Part shown: positions 18,382 to 28,058 of the stretch, piece by piece
How the letters are laid out: each line of letters opens with the position of its first letter
How positions within the stretch are numbered: the first letter of the stretch is position 1
Source: an uncultured Planctomycetales bacterium
Lineage (GTDB): Bacteria > Omnitrophota > Gorgyraeia > Zapsychrales > CAYRXT01
Reading direction: 5' to 3'
Assembly (NCBI GenBank): GCA_964428315.1
Contig: CAYRXT010000009.1
Coordinates: 4,514-68,513 of the forward strand
Length of the DNA: 64,000 nt
Position numbers and translations under genes: made by a program
The notes under the pieces: generated by a model
What the model saw: the letters and a program-made list of their open reading frames with translations, nothing else
Told to the model about the DNA's origin: nothing
The model's database searches: none

Positions 18382-20021
18382 GTGGCGCGGCGGGGCAGGG
18401 CAGACAATCGGACATTATGGAGAAGAAGCTAAAAAATTTGGTCTTTCTAACCCGCGCGGAACGCCGTATGAGGGCGAGAATGAGCCGATATGTCCTCGTC
18501 TTTACCGCGAGCTTTTCTTTCTTTTGCGGATATACTTTGGCCCAAGAGCCAGTTAAGGAACCGAATGTCAGCGGACAGTTTTACGGCGGCAACGCCTTCC
18601 TGCTGTCCCGGCAGGTCGAGTCTCTTTTGGAGGCAGCGCCTCAATTCAAAGAAGACAAAAGGATCAAAGTGCTCGTTGTCCCCCACGCGGGCTATGTCTT
18701 TTCCGGGTCAGTAGCGGCGGCAGGTTATAAGGCCATTGAAGGACAGGAGTACGGCACGATCGTTCTTATAGGGCCGAGCCATTATTACGCATTTTCCGGG
18801 ATCGCCGTGTGGGAGGCCGGCGGATTCAAAACCCCACTGGGAGTGGTAGAGGTAGATGCGGATGTTGCCCAACGGCTTATCGGGGCGCAAGAAAGAATTG
18901 AATATATTCCCGGGGCGTTTGACAGGGAACATTCTTTGGAAGTGCAGCTGCCGTTTATCCAGAAGACCCTGCCGGACGCGAAGATCGTGCCGGTTTTAAT
19001 GGGAGAGGTCAGTTATCAGGACTGCGTAAATCTGGCTGACGCTCTTTACGAGAGTGTCGGGCACAGGGACGATGTCCTTGTTGTCGTCAGCACGGATCTA
19101 TCGCATTACCATGATTACACCGCGGCCAAGGCGATGGATCAGAAGACCCTGGATGTGATCGGGGAAGGCAGATTTCATTATCTCTGGAAGGCCTGCCGGC
19201 GGCGCGACTTGGAAATGTGCGGCTTTTCTGCCGTGGTTAGCGGAATGCTGTACGCTGAGAAGACCGGGGCCTCCGGCCGGGATATCCTTCAATATGCGAA
19301 TTCAGGGGATGTGACGGGAGACAAGTCGCGCGTTGTCGGGTATTCATCCGTCATCTTTTATCAGACAGAGGAACAAGCCGGCAGGCGGCAGGACACGCAC
19401 AAGGATGAACATGCAAACGGGGGTGAGGCACAAGTGAAAGCTCGGAAGGAAGAAGGGGCGCTGACTCTTGATCAGAAAAGCACGTTGATGGCTATCGCCA
19501 AATCCACCATTACGTCGTATGTCCGTTCGGGAGAGGTGCCCGAATTTTCGGAAACGGATCCGCGTCTTCATAAACATGAAGGGGCCTTTGTCACGGTGAA
19601 AAAAGAAGGCCGTCTGCGGGGGTGTATCGGCCGGATCATCGGGGATGCGCCCCTTTACCGGATTGTCCGGGACATGGCGGTTGCCGCCGTTTCCAAGGAT
19701 CCGCGGTTTCCCCCTGTCAAGACCGATGAACTGGATGAACTGGAGGTCGAGATATCCGTCCTTTCCCGGCCCCGGCCGATCAGGGATATCGGGGATATCG
19801 TTTTGGGAAAACACGGGGTAATCGTCAGTCAGGGCCTATTCCACCGCGGCGTTTTCCTCCCTCAGGTGGCAGAGGAATTCAATTGGAACCGAGAGGAATT
19901 TCTCTCCAACCTTTGCGCTCACAAGGCGGGACTGCCGGCTGATGCGTGGAAGGATCCGAAGACCAAAATCGAGATATTTTCCGCCGAGGTTTTTTCCGAA
20001 AGTGATTTGTCCGGAAACTGA
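18378..20021 (+). CDS. Fusion protein: Memo-like (AmmeMemoRadiSam system protein B) N-terminal domain and AMMECR1 (protein A) C-terminal domain, with an N-terminal hydrophobic leader
   Basis: Memo motifs VVPHAGYVFSG and DLSHYH. AMMECR1 motifs GAFVTVKKEGRLRGCIG and GVFLPQVA. The GTG start overlaps the mauE stop in a GTGA arrangement. Alternative starts are 18417, 18468 and 18480. The stretch MRARMSRYVLVFTASFSFFCGYTLAQEP looks like a Sec signal peptide or signal anchor. Confidence 0.75.
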   Translation: MSGAAGQGRQSDIMEKKLKNLVFLTRAERRMRARMSRYVLVFTASFSFFCGYTLAQEPVKEPNVSGQFYGGNAFLLSRQVESLLEAAPQFKEDKRIKVLVVPHAGYVFSGSVAAAGYKAIEGQEYGTIVLIGPSHYYAFSGIAVWEAGGFKTPLGVVEVDADVAQRLIGAQERIEYIPGAFDREHSLEVQLPFIQKTLPDAKIVPVLMGEVSYQDCVNLADALYESVGHRDDVLVVVSTDLSHYHDYTAAKAMDQKTLDVIGEGRFHYLWKACRRRDLEMCGFSAVVSGMLYAEKTGASGRDILQYANSGDVTGDKSRVVGYSSVIFYQTEEQAGRRQDTHKDEHANGGEAQVKARKEEGALTLDQKSTLMAIAKSTITSYVRSGEVPEFSETDPRLHKHEGAFVTVKKEGRLRGCIGRIIGDAPLYRIVRDMAVAAVSKDPRFPPVKTDELDELEVEISVLSRPRPIRDIGDIVLGKHGVIVSQGLFHRGVFLPQVAEEFNWNREEFLSNLCAHKAGLPADAWKDPKTKIEIFSAEVFSESDLSGN

Positions 20022-20161
20022 GCAAGCCGTGTTCCGGCAAAAGCGTCATTGCCATATCAGGGAAACTTCTTTATAATAAACGCGGTTGCATACTCCTGTC
20101 GGGATATAAGGGAGGTACAGGACGCATGTCAGAAGGGCGCTCACCGTTATAGGAGGTTCAG

Positions 20162-20545
20162 ATGGCAAAGAAGATTTTGATTATCGATGACGAGCAGGAT
20201 TTCACCGGCGTGGCCCAAAAGCGGCTGGAGACCTATGGCTACAGGGTCATGGTGGCGAACGACGGTGAGGCGGGGATGGAGATGGCGAAAGTGGGCCGGC
20301 CGGATGTTATTATCCTTGATGTGGAGATGCCCAGGAAAGACGGTTACACGTTTGTCCGCGAGTACAAGGAAACCGTCAGGGATGATGTGAGCCATATCAT
20401 CATGCTCACGGTCAAGGACAGGATGAAAGACTATTTTGAGATAGAGGGTGTCCGGGATTACCTGGTCAAACCGTTCAGTTTCGATGATCTTTTGAGCAAT
20501 ATCATAAGCCGGTGCGGGCCCGCCCGGGACCCTGACGGTTCTTAA
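20162..20545 (+). CDS. Single-domain response regulator, CheY-like
   Basis: Receiver-domain motifs ILIIDDE, IILDVEMP and LVKPF. Confidence 0.85.
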   Translation: MAKKILIIDDEQDFTGVAQKRLETYGYRVMVANDGEAGMEMAKVGRPDVIILDVEMPRKDGYTFVREYKETVRDDVSHIIMLTVKDRMKDYFEIEGVRDYLVKPFSFDDLLSNIISRCGPARDPDGS

Positions 20546-20573
20546 CCGGAAAACCGGAAACAGCAGAGGGCTT

Positions 20574-20960
20574 ATGGCGAAGAAAATTCTGGTTATCGAT
20601 GACGATCCGGTCACGATCGAGATGTTAAAGAACGGCTTGACAAAGCACGGCTACCAAACCGTTGTCGCTTACGACGGTGAAGAGGGTCTGAAGAGGGCTG
20701 TTTCCGAAAGCCCGCAGCTCATCATACTGGATATCAACATGCCGAAGATGGACGGCTATACGTTTCTTCAGGAACTGAAGAAGAAAGTGAATATCAAGGA
20801 ATTGCCGGTCATCATTCTCACGAACAAAGAGAACATGGAAGATATCTTCAAGGTCGAAGGTATCCGCGAATATATCATCAAGCCGATCAATACAGAGGAC
20901 ATGTGCGCGAAGATCCATAAACACCTGTCGTCTGATCCCTCATCAGCCAGCGGCACATAA
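20574..20960 (+). CDS. Single-domain response regulator, CheY-like, paralogous to the upstream gene
   Basis: About 50% identical to the 20162 product, with the same MAKKIL start. Confidence 0.85.
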   Translation: MAKKILVIDDDPVTIEMLKNGLTKHGYQTVVAYDGEEGLKRAVSESPQLIILDINMPKMDGYTFLQELKKKVNIKELPVIILTNKENMEDIFKVEGIREYIIKPINTEDMCAKIHKHLSSDPSSASGT

Positions 20961-21020
20961 CCGACTTTTTTTCCATCCATTGAGGAACACATCCCGTTTC
21001 GGGACAGCGAGGAGGGCCAG

Positions 21021-21395
21021 ATGAGATCCCTGTTTTGGATTATTTGTTTTTGGCTAATTGTGTTTGGCGCGGGGAAGTTCCCCTCGGAGGCGACCCCGCC
21101 GGCGAATCTGAGTCTCGAATACGACCTTGAGGGACAGAACCTGCTTGTCTCGATGGATCACATCACCCATGACCCGCGCGAGCACAGGATACGTCTGATT
21201 ATCGTCACGACCGAGGGCGGGGAGGAAGAGAAGTTCTTCTATGCGGCCCAGTCTTCGCCCACGGTACACAGCGTCAAGTTGCCACTCAAGGCCTCGGCCG
21301 GCGACAGGATTTCCGTGAAGGCCCTTTGTTCCGAAGCCGGTTATGCCATGGAAGAGCTGACGGTGAAAGACAAGTTAAAACAGATCGAGGAATAG
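21021..21395 (+). CDS. Hypothetical secreted protein
   Basis: N-terminal hydrophobic signal. No recognisable domain. Confidence 0.35.
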   Translation: MRSLFWIICFWLIVFGAGKFPSEATPPANLSLEYDLEGQNLLVSMDHITHDPREHRIRLIIVTTEGGEEEKFFYAAQSSPTVHSVKLPLKASAGDRISVKALCSEAGYAMEELTVKDKLKQIEE

Positions 21396-21401
21396 GCGCG
21401 G

Positions 21402-22301
21402 ATGCGGGGATACTCGCCCAAAACGGTCATGCCGCAACACCCGAAAAACAACAGACTTGTCCGTGAAAAAAGCCCTTATCTGCTTCAGCATGCCGGCAAT
21501 CCCGTCGACTGGTACCCCTGGGGCGAAGAGGCCGCCCGGTTCACCCTGAACAACCTCCTTGGCGACGACGGCCGGCTGTTTCACCGTTACCGCGAGGGCG
21601 AAGCCGGCATTCCGGGGATGCTTGATGATTATGCCTTTTTTGTTAACGGGCTTCTTGATTTCTATGAGGCGACTTTCCGGATCGATTACTTGCGACAAGC
21701 CGACACCTTGGCTGACACCATGATGGATTCGTTTTGGGATGAAGAAAACGGAGGCCTTTTTTTTACCGATGGGGATGCCGCCGACTTGATCGTGAGGAGA
21801 AAAGACATTTATGACGGGGCCTTGCCGTCGGGCAATTCGGTTGCCGCTCTCGCGCTCCTTCGCCTCGGACATTTCACGCGGAAGAAAGAGAGGATCGAGA
21901 AGGCGGGCCTTATCCTGAAATCTTTTTCGGGGAGCATTCGGCGGATGCCGGGCGCTTACGGCCAGTCTCTGTCGGCCGTGGATTACCAGCTGGGACCCGT
22001 CAAGGAGATCGTCCTGGCGGGAGACAAGAACGATAAACAGTTAGCGGTACTGGTGAAAGAGGTGTTCGCGCGATTCTGTCCAAACAAGTCCGTTGTCTGG
22101 CGTCCTGCCGATGAGGAGAAGGCCCGGGAGATTATCCGCACGCTTCCCTTTATCCGGGAAAACGAAATGGTGGAGAATGCGGCGACGGTTTACGTCTGCG
22201 AAGAGGGCCGCTGTCACCTGCCTGTGACAGATAAGGAAGATCTGGATGATCTTTTTGAATTATCGACCGGTACAAGGCAAGGAAAGAAAGGAATCCCATG
22301 A
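21402..22301 (+). CDS. YyaL-like (DUF255 thioredoxin-domain protein family) with an internal deletion. It lacks the CHWCH thioredoxin core.
   Basis: The N-terminus [23 protein letters not shown] matches the YyaL start. The next residues match the distal (alpha/alpha)6-like region ([31 protein letters not shown]..) and the C-terminal [13 protein letters not shown]. The gene is 299 aa, whereas YyaL is about 680 aa. Confidence 0.6.
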   Translation: MRGYSPKTVMPQHPKNNRLVREKSPYLLQHAGNPVDWYPWGEEAARFTLNNLLGDDGRLFHRYREGEAGIPGMLDDYAFFVNGLLDFYEATFRIDYLRQADTLADTMMDSFWDEENGGLFFTDGDAADLIVRRKDIYDGALPSGNSVAALALLRLGHFTRKKERIEKAGLILKSFSGSIRRMPGAYGQSLSAVDYQLGPVKEIVLAGDKNDKQLAVLVKEVFARFCPNKSVVWRPADEEKAREIIRTLPFIRENEMVENAATVYVCEEGRCHLPVTDKEDLDDLFELSTGTRQGKKGIP

Positions 22302-24199
22302 AATTTATTAAGATCATGTTGATCGCCGTTTTTGCCGTTGTTTTATTGTCGAGCGCCGGGGTTTTTATTTTTGTCAAAACTTTTGACGCGAACCGGTATA
22401 AACCGCTCATCACGCAGCGCATTGAAGAGGAGATCGGACGGGAGGTCATTGTCGGGGATATCCGTTTAAACCTGTCCTTTCAGCGGGGGGCAGAACTAGA
22501 TATCGCAAACGTGTCGGTGGCCGACGATCCGGGATTTTCCAGCGAACCGTTTTTAACTATCCGCTTCCTTCATTTGGGGCTGGATCTGACCGCTTTTCTT
22601 CGCGAAAGAAAGGTCATTATTACGGATGCCGTTCTGAAGGCGCCGAAGGTAACAATCATTCGCGACAGCAAAGGCCGCTTTAACATAGAGGATTTTTCAA
22701 CCCGGGCAAAACGCGAGGGAGAGGAAAAGATATCCCGTCGGACATTTCCTTTGCACCGGGACGTCCGGCTTTTCCCTTTGGTCTCCCGGGCTGAGGCCGC
22801 CGAAACCGCGCTGGACTTTTTCGTAAAAACAGTACAGCTCAAAGGGGGCGTCGTCCAGTATGTCGACCGGACGTTGTCTCCGGCAGCCAATATCCCTGTT
22901 ACCGATATTGAGCTGATACTGAATGATTTCAAATTCGACGAACTGTTTCCCTTTACGCTGAGGGCTTCGCTCTTTAGTACCACAAGCAATATCGGCGCCG
23001 AAGGTCGCGCGCGGTTTTCTCAAGAAGATCGGACGGCGGAGTTTTCCGACGTCAGCGTCCGGTTCGATATGGACGCCTTGGAATGGGAGGATGTTGCCGC
23101 CGCCGCGTCGTTTATCGAGGGAATGGAAACGATCGGGGAGATCGAAGGCAGTATTGAGAAGGACATTCAGGGAATCGTCGTGGATAGCGAGGGGCTGCAG
23201 AATTATCAGGCCAGAACCGTCGTCTCAATTTCGAAGTTGTCTTTTCGACCCTTGGCAAGCCCTTTCAGGGCATTCCGGCTTGTGCTTGATTCCAATGAAA
23301 CAACGGCCGTTATCAAAGAATGTCAAGGCCGGCTGGCCGAAGGGCGTTTTCGCCTGGAAGGACAGGTCGAAGATTATATGGGACGCCAGGACTTGACGCT
23401 CAAAGGAAGCGTAGAGGAGGTCAGGATCGAAGACGTGATCAGACAAGAGGAAGACGCAAGCAGGCTTTCGGGCCGAGTGGACGGCGACTTTGAGCTTACC
23501 GGTCAGGGTCTGAATCCTTCCGCCTTGAGGGATAATCTTCGGGGCCGATCGAGCCTTGAGCTTTTAGAGGGAAAGCTGACCGGCATCAATGTCCTGCGCG
23601 TGGTCTTGGACAAACTGTCTTTTCTTCCCCGCTTGAGGGAAAAGATGGAAGCAAAGCTTCCCGAGAAATACAAAGAATTGCTGAAAAAACAAGATACGGA
23701 TCTGAAGAAAGTCAATATGACCGGAAGGCTGTCCGGCGGCGAATTTGCTTTTGACGAATCTCTTGTTGAGGCCGAGGCTTTTCTCATGCGAGGGAAAGGG
23801 ACGCTGAATGTCGACCGGCAGATAGATATGGAAGCCAGGATCTTCATCCCTGAAGACCTGACCGCCAGTATGATCGAGGCCGTGGAGGAATTGAAGTATC
23901 TTATGGACGATTCCGGGCGGATCGTTATCCCGCTCAAAGTGCTTGGCGAGGTCAATGAACCGAGGTTCTTCCCTGATCTGAATTATCTCAGCGAGAAGAC
24001 TTTTAAGGAACGGGGACGGCAGGAGCTGAATAAACTTCTGGACAAGGTCTTTGAAAAAGACACGGAAGAACAGCCGCCGAGCGGGGAAGAAGCTCAGGAG
24101 TCTAAGACCCAGGATGGCTCTTCAAGGCCACAGGATGAAGAAGCCTCTCCCGAACGCGAACTCATCGACGGCGTCCTGGATGCCATTTTTGGAGAATGA
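22298..24199 (+). CDS. AsmA-family outer-membrane biogenesis protein
   Basis: N-terminal TM anchor followed by [19 protein letters not shown], typical of the AsmA family. 633 aa. Confidence 0.65.
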   Translation: MKFIKIMLIAVFAVVLLSSAGVFIFVKTFDANRYKPLITQRIEEEIGREVIVGDIRLNLSFQRGAELDIANVSVADDPGFSSEPFLTIRFLHLGLDLTAFLRERKVIITDAVLKAPKVTIIRDSKGRFNIEDFSTRAKREGEEKISRRTFPLHRDVRLFPLVSRAEAAETALDFFVKTVQLKGGVVQYVDRTLSPAANIPVTDIELILNDFKFDELFPFTLRASLFSTTSNIGAEGRARFSQEDRTAEFSDVSVRFDMDALEWEDVAAAASFIEGMETIGEIEGSIEKDIQGIVVDSEGLQNYQARTVVSISKLSFRPLASPFRAFRLVLDSNETTAVIKECQGRLAEGRFRLEGQVEDYMGRQDLTLKGSVEEVRIEDVIRQEEDASRLSGRVDGDFELTGQGLNPSALRDNLRGRSSLELLEGKLTGINVLRVVLDKLSFLPRLREKMEAKLPEKYKELLKKQDTDLKKVNMTGRLSGGEFAFDESLVEAEAFLMRGKGTLNVDRQIDMEARIFIPEDLTASMIEAVEELKYLMDDSGRIVIPLKVLGEVNEPRFFPDLNYLSEKTFKERGRQELNKLLDKVFEKDTEEQPPSGEEAQESKTQDGSSRPQDEEASPERELIDGVLDAIFGE

Positions 24200-24326
24200 T
24201 CCGTTATAAAGGCCGGATGATTCAGGCCTTCCCCGAGGACTGTTCATCGCCAATTTTTGACCCATTAATGATTGATGTTCTCAGAAACCTTCGGTTATAT
24301 GCATTATTATTGCGGGAGTCGCTGTC

Positions 24327-25160
24327 ATGAACAAAGAGTATAGACGGAAACGAAAACGCCGGCTGTTTGACCCGGATTCCAAGTCGGCCTTTAAGTTAAG
24401 CCGGACAGGCCTGGAGAGTTTTCTGCGCTGTCCGCGCTGTTTTTATCTGGACAAGAGGCTGGGGGTATCCCAGCCGTCCATGCCCCCTTTCACTTTGAAC
24501 TCGGCGGTTGATCAGCTCCTGAAAGCGGAATTTGACGGCTATCGGATGCGGGGCAAACCTCACCCGGTCATGCTGAAATACGGCATCGAGGCGGTCCCTC
24601 TGGCTCATCCCCTGATCGATGACTGGCGGAACAATTTTCGGGGCGTTCAGCATCTCCATGCCGAAACGAATTTTCTGGTATTCGGAGCAGTCGACGATAT
24701 CTGGGTGGATCCTCAAGGCCGGTGGCATGTGGTGGATTACAAGTCGACCAGTACAAGCGCGCCCATTACTCTGGATGGAGTGTACAAGCAGGCCTATAAG
24801 AGACAAATGGAGATTTATCAATGGCTGCTGCGCCAGTCGAAATTCCATGTCTCTGCGGAGGGTTACTTCGTTTATTGTAATGCGGACAAGACACGCTCTT
24901 TATTTGATTCTCGTCTTGAGTTTAATATGGAAGTCATCCCGTACGAAGGAAAAGATGACTGGGTGTCAGATGTCATTGTAAAGGCCAAGGATTGTTTGAT
25001 GGGGGATTCTCCCCCCGCGTCCTCTGAGGACTGCGAATACTGCCGGTACTTGTCGGCCGTCAAGGAAGTGGACAGGGATCTCGGGCCTTCTTCGTCTTCA
25101 CAGGGAGAACTTTTTCCTCATTTGGGTAAAAAGTTTAGAGGCAAAAGAAGTTGTGAATAA
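24327..25160 (+). CDS. PD-(D/E)XK nuclease family protein with a 4-Cys cluster (Cas4/AddB-nuclease-like fold). Not CRISPR-associated here.
   Basis: RecB-nuclease motifs GAVDDIWVD, VVDYKS and a QxxxY element (KRQMEIYQW). An N-terminal CPRC and a C-terminal CEYC are spaced as in the Cas4/AddB Fe-S clusters. Confidence 0.6.
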   Translation: MNKEYRRKRKRRLFDPDSKSAFKLSRTGLESFLRCPRCFYLDKRLGVSQPSMPPFTLNSAVDQLLKAEFDGYRMRGKPHPVMLKYGIEAVPLAHPLIDDWRNNFRGVQHLHAETNFLVFGAVDDIWVDPQGRWHVVDYKSTSTSAPITLDGVYKQAYKRQMEIYQWLLRQSKFHVSAEGYFVYCNADKTRSLFDSRLEFNMEVIPYEGKDDWVSDVIVKAKDCLMGDSPPASSEDCEYCRYLSAVKEVDRDLGPSSSSQGELFPHLGKKFRGKRSCE

Positions 25161-25301
25161 AGGAGTTTCAGTGTATACTACCTTTTAAGGGGAGGATCTG
25201 AATATTCGGTCACTTTGATTATGTTTGGGGATAGAATACGCTGAACATTTTGACAGCCACGCAGGGAAGGCTGTCTTTCTATTTTAAGACTGGAAGTCGA
25301 T

Positions 25302-26348
25302 ATGAGAGCGCAGGAAAAACGACGGGCCTATCGCGTAAGGATAAGGGCACCGCTGGTTTGGCGATATCCCGAGCTCGGTTTGGGTGGGCGGGCGAAGATC
25401 GAGAATATCAGTACAACGGGAATGCTTCTCTCCAGCCGCAAGCAGATCCCTTTGAACGAGGAAGGACTCCTTTCCTTTTCCGGCCTTCGAGAGGCCCATA
25501 AGGATTTTTTGCCCCGTTTGGGACGGATAGTCTGGTCCAGAAAAAGGCCTTTTGGTCTTCCCGGGACATTGGCCGGCATAGAATTCGTTTCCCGTGACCA
25601 GGATGTTCTTCGACGTTTGCGGGATCGCGTTCAGCAGAATATCACGCGGATAAACAATTTTCGTTTGGCCCTGAATATTTTGGGCATGACATGTCTGGCC
25701 GTGTTTTTTGTTTTGGCCGCGTTGCTTTTTTATCAACAGATCATGATTTCCCGCAATCACGAACACGCCCTTAACCTGTTATCCTGGTCGTCAAGACATA
25801 ACGCGATCCTTTCCCGGGGCTTGCACGAACAGATGGCCATTAAGGACAGGGTCATCCGGGAAGTTTATAAGGAGCTGGATGTGACCAAGGCTATGCTGGC
25901 GCAGACAGAGGATAAACTCGCCGAAACCAGCTCGCTTTATCTTGAGGTGCGAGAACAGTTGGCGTCCTTCGAGCAGGCGCTCGGAGGAGGCGATCTGAAT
26001 CCCGATCAGATTGCTACCTTTGAACGCAAGAATCAGACTTTGAAAAAGCGGGTCCAGGATTTGGAAAAAGGCCTGGCCCTTTACGAAACAAGGGGCGGCG
26101 ATCTCAATGAGGCCCGCAGGACCTTGTCCTTTTACCGGGGCAAGATCAGGGAGGTTAAAGACAATATCCGCGAATTAAGGCGCGAGACTCGTTTGGCCCG
26201 TATCCGGGCGCAGGACGAGATGGACCGGGTAAAGATGAAGTTCGGCAACAATGGGTTTCTCATCAGAGACGGCGTCGTCGTTCCCCCTTATGCCTTTGAT
26301 GAGGAAACGTCGAGGGAGATGAAGGTCCGTGTTGAATATTTTGAATGA
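25302..26348 (+). CDS. PilZ domain protein with a TM segment and a long coiled coil
   Basis: N-terminal PilZ motifs RRAYRVRIR and ENISTTGMLL, one TM helix, then a heptad-rich C-terminal half. Confidence 0.65.
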   Translation: MRAQEKRRAYRVRIRAPLVWRYPELGLGGRAKIENISTTGMLLSSRKQIPLNEEGLLSFSGLREAHKDFLPRLGRIVWSRKRPFGLPGTLAGIEFVSRDQDVLRRLRDRVQQNITRINNFRLALNILGMTCLAVFFVLAALLFYQQIMISRNHEHALNLLSWSSRHNAILSRGLHEQMAIKDRVIREVYKELDVTKAMLAQTEDKLAETSSLYLEVREQLASFEQALGGGDLNPDQIATFERKNQTLKKRVQDLEKGLALYETRGGDLNEARRTLSFYRGKIREVKDNIRELRRETRLARIRAQDEMDRVKMKFGNNGFLIRDGVVVPPYAFDEETSREMKVRVEYFE

Positions 26349-26385
26349 AAAGGAGGAGGCGCCGATTCGTCGCGCACAGAGGCTT

Positions 26386-26910
26386 ATGGCTAAGAAGGGA
26401 GCCATTTTATTTTTGCTTTTTACAATGCCTTTGCTGTTCACGGGAAGGGCCGGGGCAGAGGGCGAGACGATTGTCCGTATACGTTCCGGGACTGTCTTTG
26501 ACGGCAAGCTGTACCGGAATCTGCATCTTAACGGCATTAAAATTATTCCCGGCATGGAAGACTATGTGAAAAGTATGATGGAATGGCATCTGAAAGGGAA
26601 GAGGGTGTCATTCAAATTCGACAAAAAGATGGTCGATAGAGGCGGCCGTTTATTGGTTTACATGTACTGCCCTAACACGGGATTCAAATTTGCGGGCGGG
26701 TCACGTTATTACAACGATGTTGTCATCGACAATAAAAGGATTTTTCTCAATGCCTACCTGGTCGGTCAGGGATACGCCATGCCCACGGGAAGTTCTTCCA
26801 ATAAATCATACAATGAATTATTCCAGAAATTGTACAAGGAAGCCAAAAGAAACAAGGCGGGGGCATGGGCGTATGTGGGTAAAAACGGCAAGTTGAGACT
26901 CAAAAAATAA
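26386..26910 (+). CDS. Secreted thermonuclease (SNase-like)
   Basis: Signal peptide MAKKGAILFLLFTMPLLFTGRAGA. The staphylococcal-nuclease-like core includes TIVRIRSGTVFDG, RLLVYMY and a C-terminal KRNKAGAW. The ORF track starts at a GTG at 26329; I prefer the ATG at 26386. Confidence 0.6.
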   Translation: MAKKGAILFLLFTMPLLFTGRAGAEGETIVRIRSGTVFDGKLYRNLHLNGIKIIPGMEDYVKSMMEWHLKGKRVSFKFDKKMVDRGGRLLVYMYCPNTGFKFAGGSRYYNDVVIDNKRIFLNAYLVGQGYAMPTGSSSNKSYNELFQKLYKEAKRNKAGAWAYVGKNGKLRLKK

Positions 26911-26983
26911 CCACCCCTGTTTCCTTTTCCCTCCCAACAGCACATTGTACGAAATTTTAACAAGCGTAAGCACACAAGCGACT

Positions 26984-27757
26984 ATGCGCAGGACCCCGCT
27001 GAAAAGAATCGCGAAATCCGTGGATCTACAGGATGGACCATTCCCTTATCTTCTGAGCCGGTCTCGCCGTCGCAAGACCATCGCCATTCATATCGAAGAA
27101 GACGGGGAGGTCCGTGTCGTCGCTCCCGTCCATGCCCCGCAAGAGGAGATCGAACGATTCATGCGGGACAAAGAGGGCTGGATGCGGAGCCGGTCTCATA
27201 ACCACCGCCGCCAATGGCGCCAGATCCGCGAGAAAAAATTCGCCCACGGACAACGGTTTCTTTTTATGGGGAAGAAGTATGAGCTGTCTGTTTTCAACGG
27301 TGAAGACCTCCGGACCCGGTTCCTGTTTGATGGACGCCGGATGAAGGTCTGCATTCCCCGTCATGTGGAAGAAGACCGTCTGCGGGAGATCTTGATCCGA
27401 AAGGAGCTTTTGGCCTGGTACCGCTATCAGGCCCGTGAAATCATTGGGTCGCGCGTTTTTCATTACTGCCGGCTCATGAAAACGGATGTACAGAAGATCG
27501 CCATTCGTGAGCAGAAAAGGATCTGGGGCAGCTGCCATCCATCGAGGGGAGTCATCCATTTGAACTGGCGGTTGATTTTTGCCCCGATCGAGGTCATTGA
27601 TTATGTCGTTGTGCATGAACTGTGTCATCTTAAGGTCGCTAACCATTCAAGACGGTTTTGGCGCTGTGTTCAGAAGGTCCTGCCGGACTATAAACTTCGT
27701 CAGCGCTGGTTTAAGTCCCATTCGGTAGATTTGGCGTTGCCTTTGATAAAGGAGTAG
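26984..27757 (+). CDS. DUF45/YgjP-family metal-dependent hydrolase (M48/WLM-like)
   Basis: HELCHL zinc motif, then NHSRRFW. The start is uncertain: ATG at 26984 or TTG at 26945. Confidence 0.65.
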   Translation: MRRTPLKRIAKSVDLQDGPFPYLLSRSRRRKTIAIHIEEDGEVRVVAPVHAPQEEIERFMRDKEGWMRSRSHNHRRQWRQIREKKFAHGQRFLFMGKKYELSVFNGEDLRTRFLFDGRRMKVCIPRHVEEDRLREILIRKELLAWYRYQAREIIGSRVFHYCRLMKTDVQKIAIREQKRIWGSCHPSRGVIHLNWRLIFAPIEVIDYVVVHELCHLKVANHSRRFWRCVQKVLPDYKLRQRWFKSHSVDLALPLIKE

Positions 27758-27762
27758 GAACT

Positions 27763-28017
27763 ATGCGGATCGAGGTCAAAGTTGTCCCCGGCGCCAAGAA
27801 GGATTTTCTTAAGGAAGAAGAGGGCCGATGGAAGATCTATCTCAGGGCGCCGGCGCTGGAAGGCAGGGCGAACAAGGCGTTGATCAAATTCTTGTCCGAA
27901 CGCCTGAAGGTGGCAAAAAGTCAAATCGAGATTATAAAAGGATTGAAATCCAGGCGTAAAACAATTAAGATAAGTAGCAAAATTTTCAACAAGACAAAAA
28001 ATGAGCCGGCGAGGTAA
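27763..28017 (+). CDS. DUF167 (YggU/UPF0235) family protein
   Basis: 84 aa with VKVVPGAKKD and GRANKALIKFLSERLKVAKS, typical of YggU. Confidence 0.65.
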   Translation: MRIEVKVVPGAKKDFLKEEEGRWKIYLRAPALEGRANKALIKFLSERLKVAKSQIEIIKGLKSRRKTIKISSKIFNKTKNEPAR

Positions 28018-28058
28018 GGTCGGCCTGGACTTGAAGATCATTTTAACAGGAGGGGAAT

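Noticed and set aside
18378-21400. A radical SAM partner gene for the Memo/AMMECR1 fusion
   Set aside because: I searched all ORFs in the window for a CxxxCxxC radical-SAM cluster and found none. Its absence from the window is recorded as part of the finding. It is not proof of absence from the genome.
24327-25160. A Cas4-like nuclease as evidence of a CRISPR-Cas locus
   Set aside because: There are no direct-repeat/spacer arrays and no cas1, cas2 or effector genes anywhere in the window. The protein is a stand-alone PD-(D/E)XK Fe-S nuclease.
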